Shown here: positions 40,197 to 52,692 of the stretch, piece after piece
Position numbering within the stretch: position 1 is the stretch's first letter
Layout: every line of letters begins with the position of its first letter
Source of the DNA: Tubulanus polymorphus
Taxonomy: Eukaryota; Animalia; Nemertea
Length of the DNA: 64,000 nucleotides
Reading direction: 5' to 3'
NCBI RefSeq assembly: GCF_964204645.1
Contig: NC_134030.1
Location: 13,820,656 to 13,884,655, forward strand
Notes under the pieces: model-generated
Seen by the model: the letters and a program-made list of their open reading frames with translations, nothing else
Told to the model about the DNA's origin: nothing
Databases searched by the model: none
Translations under genes and position numbers: made by a program

Positions 40197-40400
40197 GAAG
40201 GGGGGTGGTGTGATGGAATATGTCCATCAGTCGTTTTCTATGTTGTAACTGGAGGGTGCTGCTCTCTCTCTCGAAAATACAGAACAATAGGTGATTGTGT
40301 TAATATCTTTTGTCCGCCTTTTTACTGGTTTTTGGGCTCTCAGAGTCGATATTTGGAGGAAACTTCTACTGTGGAACAGGCAGAATAGGACCTCGTTACA
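40197..40400 (+). repeat. Polypurine tract and short (~192 bp) 3' LTR
   Basis: GAAGGGGGGTGG then TGTGATGG (40209) ... TCGTTACA (40400), abutting the inverted-repeat arm. Confidence 0.7.
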
Positions 40401-40645
40401 TAAATATGAATTATTTCACTCACACTTTTGATGTTTAAAATTGATTTTTTATTGCTGAAATCTATATTTGATCTTATTTATCTAGATTATTATGCTAACA
40501 TTTTACTCTCACTTTTAAAACATGAAATCTTAAGAGTAATTGGGGAATAGTTGTTCTAGATTAAAGGTTGAGAGGGCGAGTGAGTAGAAAATGAAAATGA
40601 AAATAAATTCGAGCGTGCGACAATTTATTTTCATTTTTTATGAGC
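40401..40645 (-). repeat. Right arm of the inverted repeat flanking the gypsy fragment
   Basis: taaatatgaattatttcactcacact...tcattttttatgagc is the reverse complement of 35873-36122. Confidence 0.9.
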
Positions 40646-41206
40646 TCGACCTCTCGACCTTTGATCTAGAACAACTATTCCGTAATTACTCGCGTTGTAT
40701 TGTGGGTAAATTCATTATAAAGCATGGCTAGCTATATTCATAAAGTATTCAAATTGCTTCAATCTTACTGAAAGAAAGCTTGTTGGAATGGGGAGGGCTC
40801 AAATAAAAATATGTGCTTTTTAAATTTTTGAATTATCTTCAGTAGTTTTAGAGATATCGCAATCTGAAGTTGGAAAATTTGAGCGAAAAGTGCATTCATG
40901 CTTCATAATGACAAAAACTATGATCTTAGATCAAGGTTCATGAATTTTAAGATCCAAAACCTTCTGATTCCTGGTGATTCGTCACTTATTCCAGGTCCTA
41001 AGTGGCGATGTTTGCTTTTAAAAACGGGTATTTTTCGATTTCTATTTTCTTCAACTAAAATGCGGATTTTTTCACTAAACCATTCCCAAGTGATAAAGAG
41101 GGATCTTATTCAAATGGTTGATTCTAAAAGACTTTAGCTCATTTGCATTGATTTACAGGTTTCATAAATGATTTTACTATGGGATGTCAAAACGCATAAG
41201 CCTAGT

Positions 41207-42006
41207 AACTAGGGGTCAAGGGACACCATGCCCAATTGATTGTGGTGATAAAATATGCCAAGTTATCACTACAATATGGAAATACTAAGTTATTCTAATA
41301 TACAACGCCCCCTGGTGACCATATGCTAAGCCCAATGACTTTGAAACTAACCATAATCATAGAACATGTCATGAGTTACAACTTTTCAATTGATCATGGT
41401 AACAAAATATGCCAAGGTGCCAATATAATAAGGGAATAATATGTTATTGTATTGTTCAACGCCCCCTGGTGACCATATAGAATAACTAAAACTATGTCTC
41501 AGGTATAAAAGATCCCTTTTCAAAGAATACCAATCACAAATTGCAATGAAAAATGGCAAACCATTAGGAAGTTACAGGACTCAGAATTCAGGCCAAAATT
41601 GACATTTTTGCGCACAAAAAAGGTCACAGGATGGCCATGAGTCTGATTGACCCAATTTTTCTCATGCTGATGGGCCCTTGGGGGATACAAATACATCCGA
41701 AAGATCAAGGCAATTGATAAAAGCATCTTCAAAATTTCCCTCGAAAAATTCAAAAATGTATAAAAACTGCTGAATTTGGCAAACAACAATGGCTGCCAGT
41801 CGGCCATCTTGAATCTGAGAGGGCCAGTTTCTGGGCTGAAGATGTGTCTAAGATGTATAAACCAAATATCAAGACACCAAGACATTACCTTGAAGCATCT
41901 TCAGAACTTCCCAAAAATAACTTGATTCCGTCTACGGACGGATGGACGGATGGACAAAAAGTGCACGCAATAGCCCACGAGACTTAAGTCCCAAGTGGGC
42001 TAAAAA
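41207..42006 (-). mobile_element. HINE-family copy with internal deletions (about 2 core units)
   Basis: aactaggggtcaagggacaccatgccc ... (GACG/GATG)n ... gtcccaagtgggctaaaaa, matching 791-2190. Confidence 0.85.
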
Positions 42007-44616
42007 CACAGTGGATATTTTACGGTAGGCCTAAGGCAGAGTGTTTATTTCCGCTATTCCACCGTACATTGTCACTGTTTGACTGATTTTGATAAGTTGC
42101 GCGACTTAAAAAATTCAAAGAAAGCACAAAGAACAGAGTTAGAGAAAGAGCCCCAAGGGGCACTATGGCCAGCCTGTCAGCTTTACATAAAATGGCAAAT
42201 GATGCATTCTATAGGTTAAATTCGCCAAATAGCTCCCAGCTCATAGACTTAGTCAATCCCAGGCTAATATTTGTGTTTTCGTAAGTAGCACAGACAGCAA
42301 CTGGAGCTGGCAGGAACAAATACCTCAGATAATCTTTTCCCTTAGTCTTATTGATTCAAATGCGGAATAGAATTTAGTTTCCTAAAATTTGCTCAATAAA
42401 ACAAAATTGAATTGGATTTGATATTTTTTTGGCAGAATAAAATTTGATTGAATGTGCAGTTTGAGCACATGGCTAATTAGCATATCAAGGTCATCCATCC
42501 GATTTGAGAAAACCCTATTTTCCCTGGATTTCACACAATTGTCAATGATATTTTCTGTAGTGCAAATAAAAATATTCCTCCCAAAAACCAAATCAACTAA
42601 AGATAATTTCAAAGAAATCGATATTGAAATACAATTTTAGATTTTAAAATAAAACTTGGAAGTAAAATGGTAGACGATAATTAAAGTAGTTGGTGAATTA
42701 TTAAATTCTTGTCCATTATGTGTGCTCGTAGGTTGATTAAAAAGCAAAATGTTGCCGTTGGCAGCTTTTTCAATCGCAGAATAGAAAATTCAATTCCGGT
42801 ATTAGCTTATTGGGCAGTTCGTATTATACCACGAGTCCACGTGATCGTAAGTAATCGATGGAGTGAAGGGGATACGTGTAGCAGGTTACTGCAGGCCTAA
42901 ATGAAAGGTATTGGTTATTAAGCCGGATCTGGTTAGGCCTACCGACTTATAAATGATATTTTTTCTGGATCCATATAGGCCTATATTATGAAACAATAAA
43001 AACATGTTTTGGGTTTAGGGTTAGGGATTCGATAGGGTTAGTGTCAAATGGGTGAGAAGAGGGTCCAGAGGGTTCCGTTTCACAACTAGTAGGGATAGTC
43101 TGAATACCAGTCGTTGTTACGGTTCCCTACAACGTCTGACGCCAAACTGACATATAGAGGTTAACTCCTGTTTATTACAATGCAACAACTGATTTTAGTG
43201 CCAAATCAAACCTTTGTACTCAAATAAATCAATTAGTTACCTTATTGACTTTGAAAACATGTTTTATAGTAATATTTTTGATGATTTAAATCGGGAACCG
43301 GAGAATTTATTGATTCGATTTGAATTGATTGCCACAATCGGATTTTCCAATACAGACTAAAATAACAAAATGTGTCAATTCAATAGGCTATAACTCTCAA
43401 AATTTACTCCAAATGTTATTTTTAGTTGATAAAAAGCATTAATTTTGGTGAATTTTACCTAAAGAATTTGAAACAAGAATAATATCTGCATTGGCATCAA
43501 TGTCAGTCCAAGTCCGAATCCGTAATTTACACTCCCATCATGCAACACGAAAAGCCGCCATATTTGTTATGTTGCTTCACTTCAACTATTTTTTTAGGTG
43601 ACTGGTCAAGTTTTGAGTTACGGCGATCGTCAAAAGCTACTTAGGATATTATATATTCATGCCCAAACAATAGTTAACTTCCATCTGATTACAGAACAGT
43701 CAGTTTGAGGTAAGTTGAAGGTTATGTTGATGATGGTACCTTCACTTCTCATGTATTTAGAAAATCAACTTACACTAGCTTGATTCTAAACTTTTCAGCT
43801 ATGTGTCCTCAAAAATAGAAATTTGGCTTAATCCAATGTCTGCTCCATAGAGTATATACCATAAGCAGTACCGGTAGTTGGTTTGTTATCTCACAAGAAA
43901 TTGATTTCCTAAAAAACGTTTTCCACAAAAATGGCTACCCACAAGATTTGTTTAATTCGTGTCTTAGAAGATTTTTGAATAGCAAATGTAGTGATGATAC
44001 TCCTGCTAGTATGGTCAGGGAAGATAAGGTCGAAACACTTTTTTTCATTCCTTACATAGGCCTCCCTTCGATTATATTTGGCAGAAAACTCAAGAGTCTA
44101 TTCAAAAATATTACAATGTGGATATTCGTATTGTCTTTACTTCTTTCAAAATTAGGAACTACTTTTCACTCAAGTCCCATACTCCTTCACCCTTGTTGGT
44201 CAATGTTATTTATAAATTCAAATGTTTGCGTGATGCAAATAACACATACATTGGTAAAACAATGCGACATTTGGCCACAAGGGTAAAGGAGCATGGAACT
44301 TCGCCTTCAGCAATTAAGGAACATTTAACATCATGTAAAAATTGTGCATCAAATTTTTCGTTAAAAAACAACTTTTCAATCGTTGATTCTGGAAAAAATG
44401 ACCTTGAAATCACCATCAAAGAGGCATTATATATAAAATCCAAAAAACCAAGTATTAACAAACAACTCTCCACACATGTTGTCTCATTTTTACTGAACGT
44501 ATTTTGATATGTTTATAATCCATTTGTACTTTGAAAACTAGGCCACTTCATGCCTGCATGATATTCTCTGTAATTAGTAACAGTATACTATACATAGTTT
44601 GTATCTTTTCATGTCA

Positions 44617-44660
44617 TTTCTTGAAAAGGACTCGAAGAGATGAGTTGAAATCGATCGAAA
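44617..44660 (+). ncRNA. Minimal hammerhead ribozyme, U3-A8 variant (pLTR copy 1)
   Basis: TTTC-TTGAAAA-GGACTC(gaagagat)GAGTT-GAAA-TCGA-TC-GAAA. Confidence 0.6.
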
Positions 44661-46518
44661 TATGTTTGAACATGTAAATAAACTCATTATCATCATGAAG
44701 ATTGTGATAGTTGCGTTCTTATTATTATTTAACTATCTGGATACTCTTCCGAAATAATATTATTATTGCTGCAACCGAAGAGATATACACATTAGTGAAC
44801 TGAGGAAATTCGAGAGGATTTGTTCAAAGGTTACAAAGTTACGCTTGGATATACTCTATTTTGAACGATGCATCAACTTGAAAATTTGTCTGAAATTTCT
44901 GATGTTCAAACCTCCAAGACTAAAAGCTTACAGTCGAACTGAGAACATCAAAACTGAGATTTTAAAAAATCAAGTCGGATTATTACGATCGGAGTTACAA
45001 AATACTTGTCACAAAAACAAGAAATTGAAATCGAAAATATGTGAGAAACTAAGCTACCTAGAATACTCAATTCTCATGTCCAAACTCAACAAAAAATGTA
45101 GACATGAGACCAATGAAACGGAACAAAGACATCAAAGGAAACTATGGAAAGATCAACGCGCTCCAGCTCCAGACTGTTTATTAAACATCAGCGATAGAAA
45201 CTGACGATCGAGGAAGAAAATGCACTTCGATTAGGATTGAAACATCACATTCTACCAAAGAACATCAATGAAATCCAAATTAAAACGCAGGTTGAACAAC
45301 TATGGCATTTCAATAAAAGGACTATTGTTAGTGGATCAGACCGGAACACAGAGTCAAAAATAAAGGACGACTTGAGACATGCAACACAGCCGTTTTTGCA
45401 AAGTGGAAAGACTATTTGTGGTTCTAGGATTAGCCAAAACTTCCATAGAACTCTTAAGGACTAAAAAAACTACTCAGATATCAAGGTTTGTTCTTTTGAC
45501 AAAGGAAATGGTATAGTCATTATTAATTCAAATGAATATTTTGAAAAACTAGACAACATTGTTTTTGACAAATCTAAGTTTCAAGAAATTCTGGTCAATC
45601 CAAATTTATCGCACCCAGTGATAAGAAATGAAAATTCTATCAAAAATTATCTGCGAAAAAATGTTAAAGACTCGATTAGTAAAAAGGTTTATGATTCGAT
45701 TTATCCATCTGGCAGCCAACCAGGCAAACTTTATGGCCTCTGTAAAGCTCATAAACCAGGTCTTCCTTTCAGACCTGTAGTTTCAATGTTAAACACAGCA
45801 GAGTATAATTTGGCTAAATACCTTGACAATATTATCAAACCACATATTCCTTCTAATTATATGCTAGTACCTCCAGTTTTTTGGAGCGATTGAAACAATT
45901 CTATTTCAAACCTACTGATATACGGATCAGCTTTAATGTCGTGTCACTTTTTACTAATGTACCATTGGGACAAACTATCAATATTATAGCAGACCATATC
46001 TATGGATCGACTACTAAACCAGATTTTGATAAGGCTACCTTTAAACAACTAATGAAAATAGCAACAAGTGGAATCTTTATGTATCGCGAAAGATTTTCCC
46101 GACAGGTAGATGGAGTTACTATGGGCAGCCCTCTAAGGCCCACTATGGCTAATTTCTGTCTGGCTTATTTTGAATCTAAGCTGCTTAATGATTGTTCAGG
46201 GAAAAGTTTCGTGCCATCGTTATACCTATGTTATGTTGATGATATTTTCTGTGTATTCAGACGTGATTCAATACATGCATCTTTCCTGGAGAAACTAAAT
46301 GCACTACACCCTAATCTTAAATTTACTTCAGAAATAGGACCGTCTACACTTGCATTTCTAGATACGTATATTTCGCTCCCAACAACGGATGATGGTACCT
46401 TCACTTCTCATGTATTTAGAAAATCAACTTACACTAGCTTGATTCTAAACTTTTCAGCTATGTGTCCTCAAAAATGGAAATTTGGCTTAATCCAATGTCT
46501 GCTCCATAGAGTATATAC

Positions 46519-47376
46519 AGAGATGCTAGGGCCAAAGTACCGAAATTCCGGAATTTAGAACGGGGGTCTGCGGGTCCTCCCCCAGAAAGATTTTTGCGTT
46601 TTTGCATCGCCGGAGATGCAGTATCACGATCGGCATCTTTCATCTGAAAATACGACGGCAGGCATTCGTTGTGCTCCACATCCCTCGCTGCCTTCTTAAC
46701 CCGCGCGCTATCCGGGTGACGAAAAATATCTTTTTTCCCACCACTTCCGTATTTGACCTGGTCTTTACAAACGACGCAGTATGCCACGCCAGCTAAGTCT
46801 AACTTACGAATGTATTCGATAAGTAGTCCCCGTTACTGTCCTTACATTCTAGCCAGTGCCAGTTAAATTTATTTTTTATACCGCTGTCAATTGCCTTTAT
46901 ATCGGACGACCCCCGACTGACAATCTTTCTGTGCGTGCTCATTTTGCAGACCGTCCCGCTTAACAGCTGCAGGCAAAAAGAAAGTTACAAAGCTGCTTGC
47001 CTCAGGACATAGCACGCACGTGGTAATAATTAAGATGATATTTATTAAATATCATCTTAATTATTACCACGTGCATCTCCACATTGTTGGCCGTCAGCGC
47101 GACAATGTACAATGGCGCGTAAAGATAACTTTTAATTGGAAATGGCGTCACAACAGTGGTGCTCCGCCTACGCACGCGCACAGATACCACAACAAGCACA
47201 CATATATACATTGTAGCAGAACGTCCTCAGAAATGTAGACCAAGATAAAATAACACAGAAGCGACGACGAGTACAAGCAAACGAACACTTTTACGGTCCG
47301 TGCCATTACTGGTCGCCACGAGGAATTCTCACCAAATTTCCGGAATTGACATCGGCGATCCTAAATTTCCGGAATT
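46519..47376 (-). mobile_element. Non-autonomous hAT-like element retaining the transposase N-terminus (BED-like zinc finger)
   Basis: Terminus CAGAGATGC with repeated ttccggaatt subterminal motifs. Minus-strand ATG 46942 ...KNKFNWHWLE...IRKLDLAGVAYCVVCKDQVKYGSGGKKDIFRH (one frameshift). Confidence 0.65.
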
Positions 47377-47473
47377 AATCCATTTGTACTTTGTAAACTA
47401 GGCCACTTCACGCCTGCATGATATTCTCTGTAATTAGTAACAGTATACTAGGCCTATACATAGTTTCATGTCT

Positions 47474-47517
47474 TTTCTTGAAAAGGACTCGAAGAGATGA
47501 GCCGAAATCGATCGAAA
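47474..47517 (+). ncRNA. Minimal hammerhead ribozyme, U3-A8 variant (pLTR copy 2)
   Basis: TTTC-TTGAAAA-GGACTC(gaagagat)GAGCC-GAAA-TCGA-TC-GAAA. Confidence 0.6.
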
Positions 47518-47884
47518 CGTTTGAACATGTAAATAAACTCCTTATCATCATGAAGATTGTGATAGTTGCGTTCTTATTATTATTTAAGTTGAAGGTGTTT
47601 CTAGGGGTGAAATAGACACTCAAATCCTCGTCCCCCAAAATGAGAGACGAAAATTAACCTTATTTGAGCACTTTCTCCCTAGAAGTTGTTTGTGGAACGA
47701 CAGCTAGGTACTAGACTATATTTTCTCAAACTCTGTTCTCCACACTTCCTTCGAATTTTCTTAGTCGCGCACCTCTCTGTGTATGCGCGGAGTAAATCAG
47801 CCAATTAGAGACGATATCCGGCAAAATATCCTTCAGAAGTTGGTTACCGGATCCGGCAAAATAACCACTTCCTTAATGACAAGG

Positions 47885-48578
47885 CCACAGGGACTTGACA
47901 CAAAAGGATTTTGACCCCAGTATCCTAGGTATGTAAAAAGACAAGGGGGCCAACTCTCCGTCAGATCGGTCGATAGGTAGGCCTATGTCACTTCAACAGT
48001 TCATAACTTGGTTATTGATAATCCAATCCGCTTCAAGTAAGATTATTCTTAAAGATAACGAATTTTTGCATTAGACCAAGTGGTTTGAGAAAAATTTGAG
48101 TGCCTTTGAGATTGTTAAATCGTGCGATTAATCCGAAAAAAATTGGTGTGCGGAGCTATGCCTATGATTAATGGCCGCCGTGTCGAGACCTGTTTTCGGT
48201 CTCGGTCACATTTTACGTTCGCTATAGACAGGATTATCATTTGAATCAGAAATAACGATATGCTAAGGTAAGTAAGATCAGAGTCAAAGCTTTCCAAAAA
48301 GCTTTCGTTTTAAAAATCGGTTCACAGAATTACTGGTAAAAAGCACCGTTTGTTTTAAATAATCATGGTCATTTTTACTTCCAGGCTGGTGCGGTACAGA
48401 CAGATTTTGCCGATTTTTTCAGATTAATCACACGATTTAACAATTACGAAGTTACGAACTGTTGAAGTGACATAGGTAGGCTACCTATCGACCCATCTGA
48501 CAGAGAGTTGGCTCCCTTGTCGTTTTTATACATAGTAGAATACTTGGGTCAAAATCCTTTTTTGTCAAGTCCCTGTGG
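47885..48578. mobile_element. Palindromic MITE with a second TA-flanked MITE (47986-48472) nested at its centre
   Basis: Outer arms 47885-47980 / 48481-48578. Inner TA|TGTCACTTCAACAGTTC ... GAACTGTTGAAGTGACA|TA. Confidence 0.8.
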
Positions 48579-50255
48579 AAAAGGCCTAAATTACCGACTG
48601 ATGGTGGTGGTACGTTGTCGTTAAAGCAGGTTAGTAAGAAATAAGTAGAATAAGAAGAGACAAGTTTAACTGTCGTAAAAAACGATTCGACACACAACAG
48701 TCGCTCCATATTCAGCATTCTACAAACTTCTACTCACCATCATGTTGCAGAATAAGCGGGCCGGAATTCTGGTCAATTTTTGTAGCCATTTCCTCAAGAC
48801 AAAAGCAAAAATTCCAAAAATTAACAACGCAACGAGATTAAAAAGAGTAAGGGACTTTCCCGATCATTTGTTTATACGTCGCTATGAAACAAAAAATGGA
48901 AACTGGTAAATAAAACAAAATGAAGTGTCTTGTTCAAGAAAAAATCTAAATTTCAAATTTGTGCATTATTGGTCTGCGATTTATGTTTAGAAAATGATTT
49001 CTACAAATATGCATATGTTCAATAAAATTTGTATCTTAATTGGGATCATAATCTGCATTTGTAAATTATAAGTCTGATAACTGTTTCGTAAAAATGATTT
49101 TCACTTTCTTCTTTTATCTCTTAGACTGGTTGACTGTTAGACTGGTTGCCGGTCTCTAACTTCAGTTTTGAATCAAGTTTGAATCAATAAATTGAATTTT
49201 CTTTGGTTCGAAAGAATTGTATTCAATTCAATTCAATAGATTTATTTGCATAGAATACAATATGTCATCCTCGCTTGCCAGTGGTCCGGTATCGCTCCCG
49301 CCCTCGCTTCCACAAGCCCCCTGGCCTCACGACTCGTGATTTCATTAGTGGCGCTTTTGCGCATGACGTCATTTATCGATTTGCGAAATACTTCCTTGTG
49401 TGGCAAGATTGACCATGGAACCAACCTTCAGACCTGATGACCAATCCGCGATAACATTATATCCGTCTTTTGAGGAAAACGGGTCTGACTATTTCAGATG
49501 GCTGGGAGTCACCTTCATTTCGGTCAACGAATTATGCATTTAGACTTCACCTACGATGTAACGTAGCCCAATACACTGGGTTCGAATCCCGTAAATCGTT
49601 CCACGAACTCGGTCCTTCAGCGCAATTCGTTCAAACAAAATTCCCATTTTTTGTCTGAATGAAATTCAAATTAATGACCAATAGAAACTTATTTCCAATC
49701 AGGAGATCGGCTATCCAAAAGGAAAATCCTTAAAAAGTCCTCCCAAATTACATTCAACTTGAAGAAAAATATAAACTAAAACCATGAACATATATGTACC
49801 ATACAAACTTTTTTATTTCACAAATTTCTTAATTTGAATAAACACCACATTGTTCTGATATAAATCAACTTCCACAATTTTAAAATTTGAATATACATGT
49901 ACATAGTTCTGATTGACTTTAAAAAAATGGATTACAACACGGCCTTACAGCATTTTAATAGTGCGAGAACTCGCCAATTCAGAGCCGCACTATTCAAAAT
50001 CATTGAAATCCGTATCCGAAAGTGCCGTGTCACCTCATCGTAGACGGCCGTTTTACGAAATAGTTCCTTTTACCTGGGATATTGCCAAGTCTTTTCCGTG
50101 AAGGATTTTTTTTGCGAAAAACAACGTGGGAGTTTGGGAATGTTGATTACGTATTGAGAGCCTATGGTTTTATCGATTATACGAAAACAAATTTTTCTGT
50201 AGTTTAAAAACGTCAGATTTCTACATTAAATCTCATGGCTACAATAGTTTTATAT

Positions 50256-50401
50256 GATGAAGGATGAAGGATGAAGGATGAAGGATGAAGGATGAAGGAT
50301 GAAGGATGAAGGATGAAGGATGAAGGATGAAGGATGAAGGATGCAGGTGATGGTTATGGTGATGGTGATGGTGATGGTGAGGATGAGGATGAGGATGAGG
50401 A
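50256..50401. repeat. (GATGAAG)n heptamer array grading into GATGGT/GATGAG hexamers
   Basis: About 12 heptamers seen directly. Confidence 0.95.
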
Positions 50402-50404
50402 TAA

Positions 50405-50612
50405 AGTTTGTTCGTTGGCGAGTTTATACAATAGTGTGAGTCTGGCCTGTCTTCTTCTTTCCTGTAGTGACTGCCATTGTAGGTGGGACAACATATCTGT
50501 TACACTGGATCTATTGTGGTGACGATTTGTGACATATCTTGCAGCTCGATGTTTGATCATCTCCAATCGGTGTATGTCAGTCTGGAGATATGGGTCCCAG
50601 ACACTATTCGCT
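50405..50612 (-). pseudogene. CR1/L2-group LINE RT C-terminal fragment
   Basis: SVWDPYLQTDIHRLEMIKHRAARYVT...SSVTDMLSHLQWQSLQERRRQARLTLLYK. Confidence 0.8.
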
Positions 50613-50933
50613 ATTAATTTGGCTATTAGCCAATCAGCGTAGAAGGCGGCCTATTTAAGAGCGGTTTTCAGAACCGCATTCCTGACATTCCGTGTTTAAG
50701 ACACGTTGAGAGAGGTTGTAATCGCTCGCTGAATAATCGATCTCTTAAAAATCGCCAGACGCACAGTCTAATTGCCTCTTTCAGGTCTGTATTGACCCCG
50801 GAATGATGCGATAAGTCATTTCAAACCACGTCCCTCGGACAGGGCTCCGGCCCCGCTCGAATACTTCGTCTGAACCCGAAATCAAAGGAGAATCTGACCA
50901 AGGATCACTGCAATGGAAGAACATCATAGCCTT

Positions 50934-51560
50934 TTATCGTGTATGAATTACGTTTATTCGACTTCGAGTGGACTCGCCTCGATTATTAGTCTCTTCCTTT
51001 TCTCGCTCAACTTTCTGCGCCTTTACCTTCAGACTTTTCTTTTTGTATTTTGGATCAGCATTTGGAACATCAGGCTCTATCGGCTTGCCTCCACGAGGCT
51101 GCACTTCATATTCAGCAAGGGCAACGTCAGTTTCAATAAACCGAGCTTGTATCTCCATTATCCATTTTTGTTCATGATCAACAGTGTCACTTAGTAAGAT
51201 ACAATAATCGTCATGAGCGTCTTCACAGTTTTTAAATGCATTTGACAGTTGCTCATGAACTTCCTTCAAAAGAGACACCGACCGGTTCATGTCAATATAC
51301 TGGAATAATTTAGTTTCAGCTCTCGTATAAGTACCCTTCGCCCGCCTGCGAACGCGTTCTGCTTTTTCCACTTCCGGTCCAGCTTCCCCAACATCATCTC
51401 CTTGCTTTGTTTTAGACATTGTGTAACGTTTTCGAATAATGATGACTTGAACTTTGGGACCGGACAACGATACGAGATGACAAGTTGATGGACAAGTTCT
51501 ACTTATTCCATACCATGATGTCATTCGAAATCGTTGCCAGCCTATATTTCGTCCAGTTTG
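50934..51560 (-). pseudogene. Probable BEL/Pao gag N-terminus with upstream PBS-like site
   Basis: RRRAKGTYTRAETKL...LSNAFKNCEDAHDDY...EQKWI pattern. Minus-strand ...TATACA-AAC-TGGACG at ~51560-51550. Confidence 0.55.
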
Positions 51561-52495
51561 TATAATAGCAGAATGTCAAGTGACCAAATTCTTCATAGTA
51601 TACAGTATTACACACACATAATAGCTCATAACTGCACAAAAGACCATATGACCATATGACCATTCAATACTCAATATTGTAAGTTCACCCATGCAATCCA
51701 ATAATCCAATTCAACTAAGCTGAACTTAAATGCCAATTCAATGAAATTATCTGACCGCTGATTTTTGTCCCCGAAATGTTTGTATGATCGTCGAATTTAT
51801 TCATCACATCGGCATACCAAGGACTGCAGTTGTCACCTTGTTGTGTTTTAATATGCAGTTGAAGTTCGGTCCATATTTTCCGTCCGGATTATTTAGACGA
51901 ACGGCTTTATGATAACCCAATAATGAACTTAAAGTACAGGCTTACTAACGAGGGATATCATCCACCTGCTAAGCAGTCTATTACTACGTGATACTAAACT
52001 ATAAATACGTACTACTAATACCGGTACCATTCTATTCTCACAAGTTTGATTTTTCAAAATCCCAATCACATCAGAACTGGGAGATATAAATTGTATTAAT
52101 CCCAACGAACGAATTGGCGGTTGCGTGGCCCCCCAGCGTGGCAAAAATTAAAAAAACATTCGGATCCACCCGCTCGTAATGAATGATTTGGCTTCCGTTT
52201 GTACAATTTCTTAATCTTCTACTTCATATGAACTATTTTTCTTCTTTTCCTGGAGAGAACGATGTTTGCGGGCCGCAAACAAATCATCGCGTAGGCGGCC
52301 CGCAAACAAATCATCGTGCCACCTTTGAAATCTTCAATTTATAATAGTTCGAATACGGGGTGATTGCATCCTCGCTTGCCCGGGGTCAGGTATCATTCCC
52401 GAACTCGCTTCCACCAGCCCCCTGGCCTCACGAAGCGTGATTTCATTACTGGCGCTGTTGCGCATGACGTCATATTTCGATTTGCGAAATACTTC

Positions 52496-52692
52496 CTTGT
52501 TCAGTAAAACGTTCGCTGATTGGTCCATTTAACGGGAAAACCAATAGAAGCCTAAAGTCGTTTGTTACAAGCGCTGTGATTGGTACGACCGGATTCTGGT
52601 CGGCTAGTAACGACTCCAACGACTCGTGAGGTCAAGGGGTTCGGCGAACAGCTTTAGCGTAGTGGGTTCGAATCCCTTGACGGGTGAAGATG
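52496..52692 (+). repeat. Left copy of a ~195-bp inverted repeat containing a tRNA-like B box (SINE-head-like)
   Basis: Reverse complement of 55383-55575; GGTTCGAATCC at 52665-52675. Confidence 0.85.

Larger units (their letters stand above)
43729..47590 (+). mobile_element. Penelope-like retroelement in partial-tandem (pseudo-LTR) arrangement, decayed, with a hAT insertion/deletion
   Basis: 43729-43858 is nearly identical to 46388-46517. GIY-YIG motif VIYKFKC...YIGKTMRHLATRVKEH. RT motifs LYGLCKAHKP, VVSLFTNVP, GVTMGSP, YVDDIF, FLD. The 3' UTR 44518-44732 is repeated at 47378-47588. Confidence 0.9.

Noticed and set aside
43010-43042. TTAGGG-like repeats
   Set aside because: Only 2-3 degenerate units, too short to call interstitial telomere.
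52620-52690. Possible tRNA gene
   Set aside because: B box present, but I could not build a cloverleaf with acceptor and anticodon stems; treated as a tRNA-like repeat.
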